The notes under the pieces were generated by a model that saw only the letters and a list, made by a program, of their open reading frames with translations, ran no database searches and had not been told where the DNA came from. Below, piece by piece: positions 14,844 to 25,700 of a stretch of 38,490 nucleotides of DNA. Origin of the DNA: a virus (Duplodnaviria > Caudoviricetes); IMG/VR virus record IMGVR_UViG_3300006105_000046, positions 1-38,490 of that record; one strand, written 5' to 3'. Each line of letters starts with the position of its first letter. Position 1 is the first letter of the stretch. A program made the translations under genes and the position numbers.

Positions 14844-16427
14844 ATGGACCAACTAATTGATGATGAAGACGACGAGTTCTACCCTGATGAAATAGAGGGC
14901 GATGAACCCGAGATAGAAGACGAAGAGGTTGAGCTTGATGAGCTCTCCCGTGCCTTCGTCAATAAGCTTGTTGACCGCTGCATTCAATTCCAGACTGCCC
15001 TTGTAGGTCATGAGCTTCACCCTTATCAAATGCCGCTTGCCCGCCGCATTATTGAGTCCGTCATTATTAATGACAGCGAAGAAATCACAGCTTTGGCAGC
15101 TCGTCAGAGCGGTAAGTCAGAGACTATTGCTAACACCATTGCTACCTTGATGGTTTTGCTCCCGCGCCTAGCCAAGATGTACCCAGACCTTCTTGGTAAG
15201 TTTAAAGAGGGCATTATGATCGGTATGTTTGCGCCTGTTGAGGGTCAGGTTGAAACCCTGTTTGGTCGTACAGTAAACCGCCTTACCTCTGAGCGCGCCC
15301 TAGAGATCCTAGGTGATCCTGAGATTGATGACAGCGTAGGCCGTGTGGCAGGCGTTACCCGCCAGATTAAGCTAAAGAACTCTGGCTCATCTCTAATGAT
15401 GATGACCGCTAACCCACGCGCAAAGATTGAATCTAAGTCCTTCCATCTTATTGTTATTGATGAGTGCCAAGAAGCTGATGACTTTGTAGTCTCCAAGTCA
15501 ATCGCTCCTATGCTTGCGTACTACGCAGGAACTATGGTTAAAACTGGCACCCCAACTACCCACAAGAACAATTTCTACAACAGCATCATGCTTAACAAGC
15601 GTAGGCAAACCAGTAGAACCAAACGCCAGAACCACTTTGAATGGACTTGGCGAGATGTGGTTAAGGTCAACGCTAACTATGAGAAGCACATTAAGCGTGA
15701 GAAGCTGCGCATTGGCGAAGACTCAGATGAATTCCAGATGTCGTACAACTGTAAGTGGCTTCTTGAGCGCGGTATGTTCGTTACCTCAACCACCATGGAT
15801 AAGCTTGGCGATACCTCTATGGAGATCCAGCGCGCCTGGCATAGAACCCCAGTAGTTGTTGGCATTGACCCAGCCCGTAAGATTGACTCTACAGTAGTAA
15901 CTGTTGTCTGGGTTGACTGGGATCGCCCAGATGAATTTGGCTACTTTGACCACAGAGTACTTAACTGGTTGGAGTTACAAGGAGATGACTGGGAAGACCA
16001 GTACTTCCAGATCGTAAAGTTCTTAGAGAACTACAACGTTATGTATGTTGGCGTAGACGCTAATGGTGTTGGTGACGCGGTTGCTCAGCGCCTAAAACTC
16101 CTGCTTCCTAGGGCAGAGGTATTTGCTGTAGGTAGTAGTCAGCCTGAGCAATCTAAGCGTTGGAAGCACTTAAAGGCGCTTATGGACCGCGAGCTCATTA
16201 GTTGGCCTGCCCACGCTAAGACAAGAAAGCTTCGTAGTTACCGCCGATTCCGTCAACAGTTAGAGGATCTAGAGACCAAGTTTACTGGCCCTAACTTTCT
16301 AGCTAAAGCGCCGGACGAAGCCCACGCGCACGATGACTACGCAGACTCGTTGGCTATCGCCTGCTCTTTAACCATCGAAATGACGATGCCACAGATTGAA
16401 GTTTCATCCAGTCCGTTTTTTAGATAA
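14844..16427 (+). CDS. terL: Terminase large subunit
   Basis: Walker A ARQSGKS, Walker B LIVIDE, coupling motif TGTP, nuclease VVVGIDPA, VGVDANGVG, HDDYADSLA. Confidence 0.95.
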   Translation: MDQLIDDEDDEFYPDEIEGDEPEIEDEEVELDELSRAFVNKLVDRCIQFQTALVGHELHPYQMPLARRIIESVIINDSEEITALAARQSGKSETIANTIATLMVLLPRLAKMYPDLLGKFKEGIMIGMFAPVEGQVETLFGRTVNRLTSERALEILGDPEIDDSVGRVAGVTRQIKLKNSGSSLMMMTANPRAKIESKSFHLIVIDECQEADDFVVSKSIAPMLAYYAGTMVKTGTPTTHKNNFYNSIMLNKRRQTSRTKRQNHFEWTWRDVVKVNANYEKHIKREKLRIGEDSDEFQMSYNCKWLLERGMFVTSTTMDKLGDTSMEIQRAWHRTPVVVGIDPARKIDSTVVTVVWVDWDRPDEFGYFDHRVLNWLELQGDDWEDQYFQIVKFLENYNVMYVGVDANGVGDAVAQRLKLLLPRAEVFAVGSSQPEQSKRWKHLKALMDRELISWPAHAKTRKLRSYRRFRQQLEDLETKFTGPNFLAKAPDEAHAHDDYADSLAIACSLTIEMTMPQIEVSSSPFFR

Positions 16428-16501
16428 GACTTTAGGCTGACTGTAGCTACTTTCTGTAGCACACTTTTACTGAGGTCCTCAACCTAATATAGGAGTAAAT
16501 A

Positions 16502-16900
16502 ATGGCAATTGCACCAGATCCAAAGTTCCCAGAACGTCCTGGCACTGTCTACGACCGCAAAGTCTCACCAGCAACCCCTGGTCAGCGCGGCCCACTTCGT
16601 TTTGAAGAAGGCATTGCAACAGACACAGACGTCCCACAGGAATTCACAAAGGGCGCTATGCAGGGATACGTTCCTGCAGCAGGTCGTCCAAACCGTAATC
16701 AGAATGTATTTGAGAAGCTTCCAGAAGAGACAATGCGTGAGCGCGCTCACGTTGGTTCTGCTGCATGGGTAGAAGCTCCAGATCATCTTAAGGAATTTGC
16801 TGCTGGTGGTTTTGCAGACCACGGTGACAACCGCATTGAGGAAGCATTCCGCAGCGGTGGTCCACAGAAGGCTGGCAATCCTGCAGTCGTCCACGACTAA
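16502..16900 (+). CDS. Head-region hypothetical protein
   Basis: AGGAG RBS; GPLRFEEGIATDTDVP segment; lies between terminase and portal. Confidence 0.8.
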   Translation: MAIAPDPKFPERPGTVYDRKVSPATPGQRGPLRFEEGIATDTDVPQEFTKGAMQGYVPAAGRPNRNQNVFEKLPEETMRERAHVGSAAWVEAPDHLKEFAAGGFADHGDNRIEEAFRSGGPQKAGNPAVVHD

Positions 16901-16916
16901 GAAATAAGTCAATCAT

Positions 16917-16940
16917 CCCTGCCTCATACTTGGGGCAGGG
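16917..16940 (+). terminator. GC-rich hairpin (terminator or processing site, no U tract)
   Basis: CCCTGCCTCA-TACT-TGGGGCAGGG. Confidence 0.5.
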
Positions 16941-16964
16941 CTGGTTACTATCTAAGGATTATTA

Positions 16965-17273
16965 ATGGCATTAATCGCAGGTAAAGAAGTAAAAAAGGGT
17001 CCTAAGCAGATCCCTGCAAATCAAAAGCTTTGGAACATGCTTACTACTCAAGCGCGCTCTAAGTTCCGCACATACCCTTCTCCTGCAGCTGCTCACTGGG
17101 TTCACTCCCGCTATGTTCAATTGGGTGGCAAGTTTGTAACATCTGAGAAAGATGTAGATCCACGCTTCCGCGATTACGCTAAAGAAGCGCAGGATAAAAA
17201 AGAAAAAGAACAAAAGAAGGTAGTAACTAAGCCGGTAGGCCAGAACCTCATTAGAGGCGAACGTTTCCGCTGA
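16965..17273 (+). CDS. Basic hypothetical protein
   Basis: PAN.KLW.....A..KF..YPS.AA..WV...Y...GG.F; AAGGA RBS. Confidence 0.8.
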   Translation: MALIAGKEVKKGPKQIPANQKLWNMLTTQARSKFRTYPSPAAAHWVHSRYVQLGGKFVTSEKDVDPRFRDYAKEAQDKKEKEQKKVVTKPVGQNLIRGERFR

Positions 17274-17280
17274 GTGTCGT

Positions 17281-17317
17281 TTTGTACATAAGTCGACATT
17301 TATGTTAGTATTGTCTA
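17281..17317 (+). promoter_or_regulatory. Conserved late-promoter-like motif, copy 2
   Basis: TTTGT-N9-GACATTTATGTTAGTATTGTCTA upstream of the portal gene. Confidence 0.65.
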
Positions 17318-17336
17318 AAGTTGAAAGAGGTGAGCA

Positions 17337-19049
17337 GTGAGCGGTATGGATTTCTCTCCACCGAGTTATCGCGCAGCCTCATCTGATTTAACCATCTCCA
17401 TCTCCCCGCTTGGGTTAGTAGAACTAGCGGATGAAGAGTTTGAAGTCCACGGCCCACGCCTAAATCGCTACTCACTTAACTGGGCTATGTATCTTGGCCA
17501 CCACTGGTCTTATCGCCGTCAGACAGGCGAGACACAGATGGTTCTTAATTACTATCGCGCATTCAGCGACTTCATCATTAACTTTACCTTTGGTAAGGGT
17601 GTTAACTTCCGCAGCCCTAAAGAGACCGAAGCAATCGTTCCAGACCTGCTAGAGCGCGTCTGGGAAGTGGATAACAACAAGGCCACAGTCCTTTGGGAAA
17701 TTGGTCAGCAAGGTACGGTGTCAGGTGATTGCTTTATTAAAGTGGCTTATGAAGAGCCTTATGTGGATCCTGCTGGCCGTAAGCACCCTGGTCGTGTACG
17801 AATTTTGCCTCTTAACTCTAGTTTTGCTTTCCCCGAGTTCCATCCACACGACCGCGAACGCCTTGTCCGTTTTAAGCTTAAGTACCGTTTTTGGGGTACT
17901 AGCTTGGAAGGTACGCGCCAAGTATTCACGTACACAGAAATCCTCACAGATGACATCATCGAGGAATACATCAATGACGAACTCATTGACTCGCGCCCTA
18001 ATCCGCTTGGCACAATTCCAGTTATTCATATTCCGAATGTTCGTATTAGTGGTAGCCCTTGGGGTCTCTCTGATTGCAATGACATTATCAATATTAACCG
18101 CGCTTACAATGAGACTGCTACGGATATTGCTGACATTGTTAATTACCACGCGGCTCCCGTCACCGTCATCATCGGTGCTAAAGCTTCTCAGCTTGAGAAG
18201 GGCGCTAACAAAGTATGGGGCGGGCTTCCAAAAGACGCACGAGTAGAGAACCTAGAAGGTGGCGCACAGGGTCTAAAGGGCGCTATGGACTTCCTAGCAA
18301 TGATGAAGAAGTCTATGCACGAAATGATTGGTGTTCCTGAGACCGCTCTTGGGCAGGCTCAGCCTATCTCTAACACCTCTGGCGTTGCTCTTTCTATTCA
18401 GTTCCAGCCATTGATGAACCGTTATCACCAGAAGATCGTTCAGTACGCACACGGTCTTGAGCGCGTTAATGAGCTTATCCTTCTTAACCTTGCCCTTAAA
18501 GAGCCAGAGACATTTACCTGGGACCCTAACTCAAGCACTGTTCCGCTAAAGCCTGGTCAGGTATCTCAGCTTGATATTAATGATCCTATTACTTTCCGCT
18601 CATACGTTCACTTCCCTCAGCCATTGCCTCTTGACAAGCTCATTGCTATCAATGAAGTCCAGTCAATGCTCTCTCTTGGCCTTGAGTCTAAGGAAGGTGC
18701 TTTGCGCATCTTAGGCGAAGAGTTCCCACAAGAAAAGCTCACAGAGATCCGTCAAGAGCTTCAAGACGAAGCTATGGCAGATGGGGCACTCAAGCTTATC
18801 CAGACACAGATCGAGCAGGACATCATGGCTCTTACAGGGTCAATGCCAGCACAAACAGGACCTGGTGGTTCCTCTGCACCAGGCGTTCCAGGCGCAGAAG
18901 CACCTGCAGCCCCAACAGAGCCAGTATTACTAGACGACGCAACTATCGCCGCCCAAATGGGTGACGAGAAGGTACGCACTCGACTAGTAACGGAAGCCTA
19001 CGGTACTCAATTGCCACAGCGCAGAGTTCCGGAGGACTACGAAAAATAA
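17337..19049 (+). CDS. Portal protein (SPP1 gp6-like)
   Basis: 570 aa; NPLGTIPVIHIPN...WGLSD, SNTSGVAL motifs; position between terminase and scaffold. Confidence 0.9.
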   Translation: MSGMDFSPPSYRAASSDLTISISPLGLVELADEEFEVHGPRLNRYSLNWAMYLGHHWSYRRQTGETQMVLNYYRAFSDFIINFTFGKGVNFRSPKETEAIVPDLLERVWEVDNNKATVLWEIGQQGTVSGDCFIKVAYEEPYVDPAGRKHPGRVRILPLNSSFAFPEFHPHDRERLVRFKLKYRFWGTSLEGTRQVFTYTEILTDDIIEEYINDELIDSRPNPLGTIPVIHIPNVRISGSPWGLSDCNDIININRAYNETATDIADIVNYHAAPVTVIIGAKASQLEKGANKVWGGLPKDARVENLEGGAQGLKGAMDFLAMMKKSMHEMIGVPETALGQAQPISNTSGVALSIQFQPLMNRYHQKIVQYAHGLERVNELILLNLALKEPETFTWDPNSSTVPLKPGQVSQLDINDPITFRSYVHFPQPLPLDKLIAINEVQSMLSLGLESKEGALRILGEEFPQEKLTEIRQELQDEAMADGALKLIQTQIEQDIMALTGSMPAQTGPGGSSAPGVPGAEAPAAPTEPVLLDDATIAAQMGDEKVRTRLVTEAYGTQLPQRRVPEDYEK

Positions 19050-19164
19050 AGTAATTTATACAGACAATTAGGACATCTATTGTCAAAATAAATACTGTAA
19101 TACCACGTTAGGTCATTTGTGCCCCCACATCGGAGAACGACCCCTAGGATAAAAGGATAAACGC

Positions 19165-19947
19165 ATGTCAGAAACTGCAGAACAAATGGCTACTGCTTTT
19201 GAAGCAGAAGCAAATACCGCTCCAGTAGTAAATGTGTCGGGCGTTGACGCGCCTACTGTTACCTCTGGAAAGACCGAACCTACTCAGAAGTTTTATACCG
19301 AAGAGGATCTTGCAAAGGTTCGTTCACAAGAGAAAGAAAAGCTTTACCCAGAGATCGATCGATTGAAGGAAGAAGTTTCACTTCTCAAGAAGGAGCGGGA
19401 AGAAAAAGCAGCTCGCAAGGCAGCAGAGGCGGAAGCCAAAGCAGCTGAAGAAAAGGCTAAGCTTGAAGAGAACTTGGACGCCAAGGACTTTGCAAAGGCT
19501 ACAGCTGAAGAGTTGCGAGAGCAGTTGGCACGTGAGCGTCAAGAACGCGAAGCGGCCTTCGCTCTTCTGGAGCAGGAAAGAAAGTTTGCAGAACTGCAAG
19601 CATACCGTCAACAAGCTGTTGAACAGAACCGCGACAATATCATCCCTCAACTCATTGATTACGTCCAGGGCAATACCTTGGAAGAGATCAACGAGAGCAT
19701 TGCAGGATTGGTTGAGCGATCTAACAGTATTCTCGAATCTGCACAGTCTGCTATTCAGCAGCAGCGCAGAGATATGCCGGGCGTAAGGGCAACCTTGCCA
19801 GGCGTTGGACCACTGGAAACTAATTCGGAACCACGTCAGTTTACTGCCGCAGATATTGCGTCAATGCCGATGAATGAATACGCAAAAGTCCGCACTCAGA
19901 TCTTGAGCAACCGTGCTCTTGGTAAGACCAGCGGAATATTGGGCTAA
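19165..19947 (+). CDS. Capsid scaffolding protein
   Basis: Charged coiled-coil (YTEEDL.KVR.QEKEKLY), immediately upstream of the capsid gene. Confidence 0.8.
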   Translation: MSETAEQMATAFEAEANTAPVVNVSGVDAPTVTSGKTEPTQKFYTEEDLAKVRSQEKEKLYPEIDRLKEEVSLLKKEREEKAARKAAEAEAKAAEEKAKLEENLDAKDFAKATAEELREQLARERQEREAAFALLEQERKFAELQAYRQQAVEQNRDNIIPQLIDYVQGNTLEEINESIAGLVERSNSILESAQSAIQQQRRDMPGVRATLPGVGPLETNSEPRQFTAADIASMPMNEYAKVRTQILSNRALGKTSGILG

Positions 19948-19989
19948 CACTTAATCTATTAAAAACTACTATCAAGGAGTCAAAGCCAA

Positions 19990-21063
19990 ATGGCATCAGG
20001 TATCACAGGTACAGGCAATCTTGCCGCAGCCCCTACAGCGTACTCAGGTACCAACACCCAGCTAACTCAGGCGATTCAGACTATCTGGTCCAAGGAAATC
20101 TTGTTCCAGGCTATGCCTATCCTTCGCTTCGAGCAGTTTGCAGTCAAGAAGACTGAGCTCGGTGTTGCACCTGGTCTACAGATCAACTTCATGCGTTACA
20201 ACAACCTCGGATTCGCTTCACCTCTTGTTGAAGGTGTCCGTATGCAGACTAACGCTCTCACAGCACAGCAGTTCTCAATCACTGTAACTGAGCATGGTTA
20301 TGCTCTTGCAGTATCTGAGCTCTTGCTCAATGCTTCATTCGATGACGTAATGGCTTCAGCCTCACGTCTTCTCGGTCGTAACATGGCTATCTACCTAGAT
20401 CAGCTCTCACGCGACACACTCTACGCAGCTTCTTCAACCCTTTACGGTGAAGATCGCTCATCAGTCTCATCAGCTGTTAACAACTGGTATGGCTATGGAA
20501 CCTTCGGCACATCACGTGCATCAATGACAGGTGCTTCATACCTCACACCACACGTTATCAAGGACACAGTTGAGACCTTGGCAACAAAGAACATCCCACG
20601 GTTGGGCGAGACTTATGTCTGCTTCGTTCACCCACACCAGAGCCGTACTCTTCGTGACAACCCTGAGTTCATCGAAGTCACTAAGTACGCAGCTCCAGGT
20701 AACTTCATGCTTGGTGAAATCGGTCGTCTCTACGACGTAGTATTCATCGAAACCACTCAGGTCCTCAAGGTCGTTGGTGGAGCAGGTTCTGGATACACAA
20801 CTGATACAGCTGTTGCTAACCCAGTTGTTGTTCCTGGCGGAGGCTACACAACCCCAGCTACCCTCACAGGTAACGGTGCTTCAGATCGTTATGCAGCTAT
20901 CATGATCGGTGATAACGCATTTGGTCACGCTATCTCACTCCCAGTCGAACTCCGCGATGGCGGTATCCTCGACTTTGGTCGTGAGCATGCACTTGCTTGG
21001 TACTCAATCTTCGGACTTGGCCTCATCACTGACCAGAGCGTAGTAATTGTAGAAACCAACTAA
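19990..21063 (+). CDS. Major capsid protein (N4-gp56-like family)
   Basis: 357 aa; YVCFVHPHQ...GEIGRLYDVVFIET; strong codon bias; AAGGAG RBS; UUCG hairpin after. Confidence 0.92.
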   Translation: MASGITGTGNLAAAPTAYSGTNTQLTQAIQTIWSKEILFQAMPILRFEQFAVKKTELGVAPGLQINFMRYNNLGFASPLVEGVRMQTNALTAQQFSITVTEHGYALAVSELLLNASFDDVMASASRLLGRNMAIYLDQLSRDTLYAASSTLYGEDRSSVSSAVNNWYGYGTFGTSRASMTGASYLTPHVIKDTVETLATKNIPRLGETYVCFVHPHQSRTLRDNPEFIEVTKYAAPGNFMLGEIGRLYDVVFIETTQVLKVVGGAGSGYTTDTAVANPVVVPGGGYTTPATLTGNGASDRYAAIMIGDNAFGHAISLPVELRDGGILDFGREHALAWYSIFGLGLITDQSVVIVETN

Positions 21064-21083
21064 TTACAACTAAATAGCTTAAA

Positions 21084-21111
21084 GTGGGGGGCTTCGGCCC
21101 CCCACCATTTT
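21084..21111 (+). terminator. Terminator hairpin with cUUCGg loop
   Basis: GTGGGGGGC-TTCG-GCCCCCCAC then CATTTT. Confidence 0.85.
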
Positions 21112-21138
21112 AATCGAGATACTAATTAGGAGAATACA

Positions 21139-21504
21139 ATGGCTAAAACAAAGCCCACTGATGTAACCGGTCGTGTACGCGAGCAGCTTGCAGAGCAAGC
21201 GGCAGCCGATATGAACGATCGTGCAGCTGAAATGTCTATGGCAACAGCTCAAGCCCAGGTCAAACTAGAGACCGAAGTTATTGACGCTACTAAGCCTTCT
21301 CGTCAAACAGTTATTGTTGATGACCCTGTGACTGTCGGAAGTCCAGATGATTCTTCCGTTGAGATTCGTGTCGTTCAAGACCTCGACAACATGACTCTCG
21401 GTAAGGGCAATAATTACAGCTTTAAAGCTGGCGTTAAGTACAAAGTTACAAAGCAAGTAGCTCAACACCTTAAGGAAAAAGGTTATCTAGCTGGCGTTAT
21501 CTAA
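21139..21504 (+). CDS. Hypothetical head-region protein
   Basis: AGGAG RBS; Y.FKAG..YKV...VA.HL.EKGY C-terminus. Confidence 0.8.
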   Translation: MAKTKPTDVTGRVREQLAEQAAADMNDRAAEMSMATAQAQVKLETEVIDATKPSRQTVIVDDPVTVGSPDDSSVEIRVVQDLDNMTLGKGNNYSFKAGVKYKVTKQVAQHLKEKGYLAGVI

Positions 21505-21521
21505 GACATACTTAGCGAAGT

Positions 21522-21553
21522 GGGCGCCTCTTTCTGAGGCGCTCTTTTCGTTT
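21522..21553 (+). terminator. Intrinsic terminator
   Basis: GGGCGCCTC-TTTCT-GAGGCGCTC then TTTTCGTTT. Confidence 0.8.
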
Positions 21554-21611
21554 GAGCAGATTTTTTATAAAAATTCCGACACTATAGTACCTGTAGCGTG
21601 AGGAGTTTTGG

Positions 21612-22697
21612 GTGGCCCTATTATCTGATTTAGTCTCAAGAGTCCGTCTTGAGATCGGTGACCAAGCCTCTCAGTTTAGCTATGCTGCGACTGGCGATGG
21701 CACTACTAAAGCCTTTCCAATTGGCAAGTATCCTGTAGACCCAGCTACCCTTTACATAACCGTTAATGGGACTGCGCAGGCTACCCCCGCTAATTACACT
21801 CTAGAAGCTAATCTAGGAATCATTCACTTTGTAATTGCCCCTGCGCTAAACGCAACTATTGCCGTATCTGGTCAGAACTATCGCTACTTTACAGATGAAG
21901 ACATCACTACTTTTGTATGCGATGCTGTAACCCAGCACACATATAATCGTGTAGATTCTTACGGCTCACAGGTAACTATCAACTCAATCCCGCCTGTTGA
22001 AGAGTACCCAGTAGCTGTGTTAGCTTCTATTGAGGCTCTATGGGCGCTAGCTACTGACTCAGCTTTTGATATCAACATCACCGCCCCAGATGGTGTGGTA
22101 ATCCCACGCGCTCAGCGCTATCAGCAGCTTTCTAATATTATCCAGCAACGCTGGGAACAATACCGCTTGCTATGCTCACAGCTTAACGTTGGCCTGTGGC
22201 GCATTGAGATGGGTACTCTTATCCGTACCTCTAGAACCACTAACAAGTTTGTACCTATCTACATGGGTCAAGAGATTGATGACGCTCGTAAGCCAGAGCG
22301 CGTTTATATACATAATGATCTTACTGGTCGTAATCCGTTCCCTACTTACGCGCAGATCCAAGACCTTATTCTCTACCAGGGTAACTCTTTCCAAGAAGAG
22401 TTTACCTTCCCATTTGATACCACAGGCCTTACTTGGGAATCCCAAATCCGTAGCTACCCTAACTCACCTTCACTTTACGCCACCTTTACAATTACTAAGG
22501 TATCTACCTCTTCTACGGCAAGCACTATCAGAATCTCATTGACTGTTGAACAGACTTCCTACCTACCACAACGCGCTTTCTGGGACCTTGTAGCTACTTC
22601 TGCAACAGATCCTAACTATGCAATGACTTATATCAGAGGTCAAGTATTCACCACTACCGGCGTCACTATGGACACCGGTCAGTACGGGAGTTGGTAA
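21612..22697 (+). CDS. Probable head-to-tail adaptor/neck protein with added beta domains
   Basis: L..RVRLEIGD...YFTDEDI..F adaptor-like motif, interrupted by a GDGTT..F beta insert; C-terminal DL.LYQG..F...W.SQIR domain. Confidence 0.7.
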   Translation: MALLSDLVSRVRLEIGDQASQFSYAATGDGTTKAFPIGKYPVDPATLYITVNGTAQATPANYTLEANLGIIHFVIAPALNATIAVSGQNYRYFTDEDITTFVCDAVTQHTYNRVDSYGSQVTINSIPPVEEYPVAVLASIEALWALATDSAFDINITAPDGVVIPRAQRYQQLSNIIQQRWEQYRLLCSQLNVGLWRIEMGTLIRTSRTTNKFVPIYMGQEIDDARKPERVYIHNDLTGRNPFPTYAQIQDLILYQGNSFQEEFTFPFDTTGLTWESQIRSYPNSPSLYATFTITKVSTSSTASTIRISLTVEQTSYLPQRAFWDLVATSATDPNYAMTYIRGQVFTTTGVTMDTGQYGSW

Positions 22698-22700
22698 TAG

Positions 22701-25700
22701 ATGAGTTCTTGCGGTTACTGTGGAGGCTACTGGCCTTCTTGTGGTTGCTCTATTCAACCAATTATTGTTACTCCACCTGCGCCAATTGTAGTTAGCGTTC
22801 AAGCGCCTATTGGTGGAGCTAATGGGCTACAAGGTATCCAAGGCCCTCAAGGTATTACTGGATACATTGGTCATGATGGCGCTCAGGGAACACAAGGCAT
22901 CCAGGGTGTGCAAGGCACTCAAGGTAATCAAGGCTTCGGTTATGATCAATTACAGGGTGTGCAAGGTCCTCAAGGTGTTCAGGGTGTACAAGGTATCCAA
23001 GGCATTCAGGGGTACACAGGTCTACAAGGACACTATGGAACTCAAGGTACGCAAGGCACACAAGGACCTCAGGGAACTACAGGTTCTCAGGGTACGCAGG
23101 GTATCCAAGGAGTACAAGGTACTCAAGGCATTCAAGGTGTTCAAGGATTGTTGGGTACTCAAGGTACCCAAGGTACAACAGGTTCACAAGGAGCAACTGG
23201 TACTCAGGGATCTCAGGGAACACAAGGTCTACTTGGACTACAAGGTCTACTTGGTCTACAGGGAAACCAAGGAACTACGGGTGTTCAAGGACTACAAGGT
23301 ATCCAGGGTGTCCAAGGGACTCAAGGAACTACGGGTACACAAGGCCTGCAAGGTATTCAAGGACGTTCATTTACAGGCGTAACCTCTGCCACTTCTACCA
23401 CAATTGGGACTGGCTCTAAAGTATTTTCAGTAACTAACTCTGGCGCTTATTCTGTTGGTCAGTATGTTGTTGTAACAAACACTGGAACCCCAACTAACTT
23501 TATGTTTGGACAAGTCACTGCTGTAACAACTGATTCCAGTATCACAGTAAACGTAACAGGCGTTGGAGGCTCTGGAACTTTCACTGCTTGGACTTTTGGA
23601 GTAAGTGGTCTACAAGGGGCTCAAGGAACGCAAGGTATCCAAGGCGTCCAAGGAACACAAGGTATACAGGGCAACCAGGGAACTCAAGGGGTCCAAGGCG
23701 TACAAGGCCTTACAGGTGCTCAGGGACTTCAAGGCGTTCAAGGTACACAGGGTAACCAAGGTTTTGGTTATGCGCAGCTTCAGGGCGTTCAAGGGCCGCA
23801 GGGAACCCAAGGTATTCAGGGGGTTCAAGGTAACCAAGGAACTCTTGGCATTCAAGGATTTACTGGTACACAGGGCTTTACTGGGACACAAGGAACCACT
23901 GGTACCCAAGGCGCCGTCGGTACACAAGGCACCACAGGTACCCAAGGATTTGTTGGATCTCAAGGAACTATTGGATCTCAAGGAAATACTGGCGCACAAG
24001 GAACTACAGGAGCAACTGGTGCTACTGGTTCTCAAGGAACACAAGGGCTTCAGGGTAATCAGGGCACAACCGGTATTCAAGGCACTACAGGAACCCAAGG
24101 ATTTACAGGCACTCAAGGTGTTGTAGGGTCTCAAGGAACTGTTGGAGCGCAAGGCACACAAGGAACGCAAGGCCTTCAAGGGCTACAAGGTTACCAAGGG
24201 CCGCAGGGAACACAAGGCACTCAAGGGAACCAAGGAACCACTGGTTCACAGGGCACTACTGGTACTCAAGGCGCTACTGGTTCTCAAGGAATTCAGGGTA
24301 CTCAAGGCGTCCAGGGAACAACTGGATCGCAAGGAACCACTGGAACACAGGGCGCTACTGGCACACAGGGAACACAAGGTGTTCAAGGTGTAACTGGTCA
24401 AGCTGGTTCTCAAAACGCACACGGTGCAGTAAACGCTGTATCCACTGCTACTGGAACAGGTACAAGCACCTACTTCGCTGGAAGTTCTGACACAGAGGGT
24501 GGCACAGGTGTAGGCGCGTATATTGAGGCAAACGCAAATGGCGTAATCCCTACAATTGATGGCGTCACACTCTCTGTAGGTAACCGCGTTCTCTTTACAG
24601 GACGAGCAAACTCAATTGAAAACGGCGTTTACTCTGTTACAAGCGTAGGCTCATCTAGCAGTAAATATCGCTTTACTCGCGCAACTGACTCCGATAACCA
24701 TGTCACGGGGCAAGTTGAAGGCGGAGATTTTGTTTACGTTCTAACTGGAACAACATATGTATCCACTACTTGGGTTCTAACCTCAACAGGGTCTAACTCT
24801 GACGGAACAATAAAGATTGGCATAGACCCAATCGTGTGGACACAAGCGGGCGGTATTGGAGCACAAGGCTCCACAGGCTCACAAGGTACAACTGGTATTC
24901 AAGGTATTCAAGGATATACAGGAACTACAGGTGCTCAGGGCTCTACTGGTACGACTGGTGCACAAGGCACACAGGGTATTCAGGGCACACAGGGCAACAC
25001 AGGATCTACTGGTTTTCAGGGAACAACTGGTATCCAAGGAATTCAGGGTTATACAGGAACTACTGGTGCGCAGGGCTCTACTGGTCAAACAGGATCACAA
25101 GGTACCACTGGATCACAAGGCACAACAGGCTCACAAGGCACCACCGGTACTCAAGGAGCAACAGGGGCGCAGGGTACTCAAGGTATTCAAGGACTTATTG
25201 GTATTCAAGGTACCCAAGGAACACAGGGAGTTCAGGGTAACCAAGGAGCTCAGGGTAATCAGGGACTTATTGGTCTACAAGGGTTTACAGGAACACAAGG
25301 AGCCACTGGAACGCAAGGAACGACCGGTGCTACCGGCTCTACTGGTTCTCAAGGTACAACCGGAACTCAAGGCGCTACTGGAGCCCAAGGTACGCAAGGT
25401 ATTCAAGGAGTTATCGGCTCTCAAGGAGCTACAGGACTTCAAGGCGTTCAAGGTACCCAAGGTCTACAGGGGCGTGATGGTGGGCAGCTAACTGCTACCA
25501 GCTATACAGTTAATGGAAGATTATCTAGCGATCAAACTGTTACTTCTGGTGCCGATGCGTTAATTAACTTTATTGACGACTTTGATCCTCAAAACTGGTG
25601 GGATCCAACTGGGCATCAATTTAAGCCAACTATTGCCGGTTACTACCTCATCAACATTGATTCTTGGTGGGCAACTGGTTCGTTGAGCACTGCTCAAACC

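Noticed and set aside
14844-21063. Inteins, introns, or antisense genes in terminase, portal or capsid
   Set aside because: The proteins have ordinary lengths and continuous motifs, and the antisense ORFs lack features
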